IMG/VR virus record: IMGVR_UViG_3300030433_001358
Span: 1 to 64,000 of that record
Direction: 5' to 3' (one strand)
Length of the DNA stretch: 64,000 nucleotides
From: a virus
Lineage: Duplodnaviria; Caudoviricetes
Shown here: positions 63,483-64,000 of the stretch, one piece after another
How the letters are laid out: each line of letters begins with the position of its first letter
Numbering within the stretch: position 1 is the first letter of the stretch
Translations under genes and position numbers: made by a program
Notes under the pieces: model-generated
What the model was told of the DNA's origin: nothing
The model's input: the letters and a program-made list of their open reading frames with translations, nothing else
Databases searched by the model: none

Positions 63483-63799
63483 TGTTTGTTTTCTTCCACA
63501 AAGTCTAGGAGGATTTTATCATACAGTGCAGATGCTTCTGAAGCAAGCTCTTCTGCTCCAGACAAAGCCTCAAGGTTTGTGATGCACTCTTTCAGAGCAT
63601 CTAGGGCGAAAGTTTTTGATTCTAGTACAACATACTCATCTCCATCCATATACCACTCACCATTGATATCAGATTTAAAGCCCACCCCACACCCGTCAAC
63701 ACCATCATACTCAAGGTACACACGAGTTACAATTTCACCAATATCAAAATCGTGTCCTGCATGACGTTCAATCACTTTCACTTTAGTTCCGGCTTTCAT
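63479..63799 (-). CDS. hypothetical protein
   Basis: G.KVKV.....HDF.IGEIV SH3-like start; GAGGAG SD. Confidence 0.65.
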   Translation of the reverse strand: MKAGTKVKVIERHAGHDFDIGEIVTRVYLEYDGVDGCGVGFKSDINGEWYMDGDEYVVLESKTFALDALKECITNLEALSGAEELASEASALYDKILLDFVEENKQ

Positions 63800-64000
63800 T
63801 CATATTCTCCTCTATAATGCTCTGTAGTGCTCTGTATGAGCTTTTAGCCCTTCCCCTGTACCATCGCATAGCCTCTATATAGATCGTTCAATATAGGACG
63901 CTGTAGAAAGCCAGAGAAGGCTTTTGGATGGCATCACTCCGTTCTTATTGTTGTTGCCACCCATCATTTGCAATCAGAGAGGACAATTGTTCCAGTTGTT

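Noticed and set aside
1-64000. CRISPR array, integrase/lysogeny module, IS element
   Set aside because: No regularly spaced direct repeats, recombinase motifs or terminal inverted repeats observed

Overview
This window is about 64 kb of a lytic dsDNA myovirus. The gene order resembles PAK_P1/Otagovirus-like Pseudomonas myoviruses; the taxonomy and host are inferred, not verified. Layout: (i) 1-6880, minus-strand accessory and nucleotide-metabolism genes (dCMP deaminase, adenine MTase, ClpP-like protease, PhoH). (ii) An AT-rich divergent promoter region, then a plus-strand block with an unusual family-A polymerase-fold protein, a putative Fic/Doc antitoxin mimic and an HExxH protease. (iii) About 1.2 kb rich in structured RNA around the putative terS, including a complete type I hammerhead ribozyme and a candidate anti-Shine-Dalgarno sRNA, with no tRNAs seen. 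(iv) terL split by two ORF-less group I introns at Walker A and Walker B, then a full head, contractile tail and baseplate module, a GC-rich tailspike and a lysis cassette. (v) 39.3-64 kb, minus-strand nrdAB, thyX, nucleotidases, exonuclease, SSB-like protein, DNA polymerase and primase-helicase. Seven free-standing homing endonuclease genes are present, and at least three sit between duplicated or replaced ends of their target genes. No integrase or CRISPR array was seen. Product calls come from motif recognition by eye; no database search was run.
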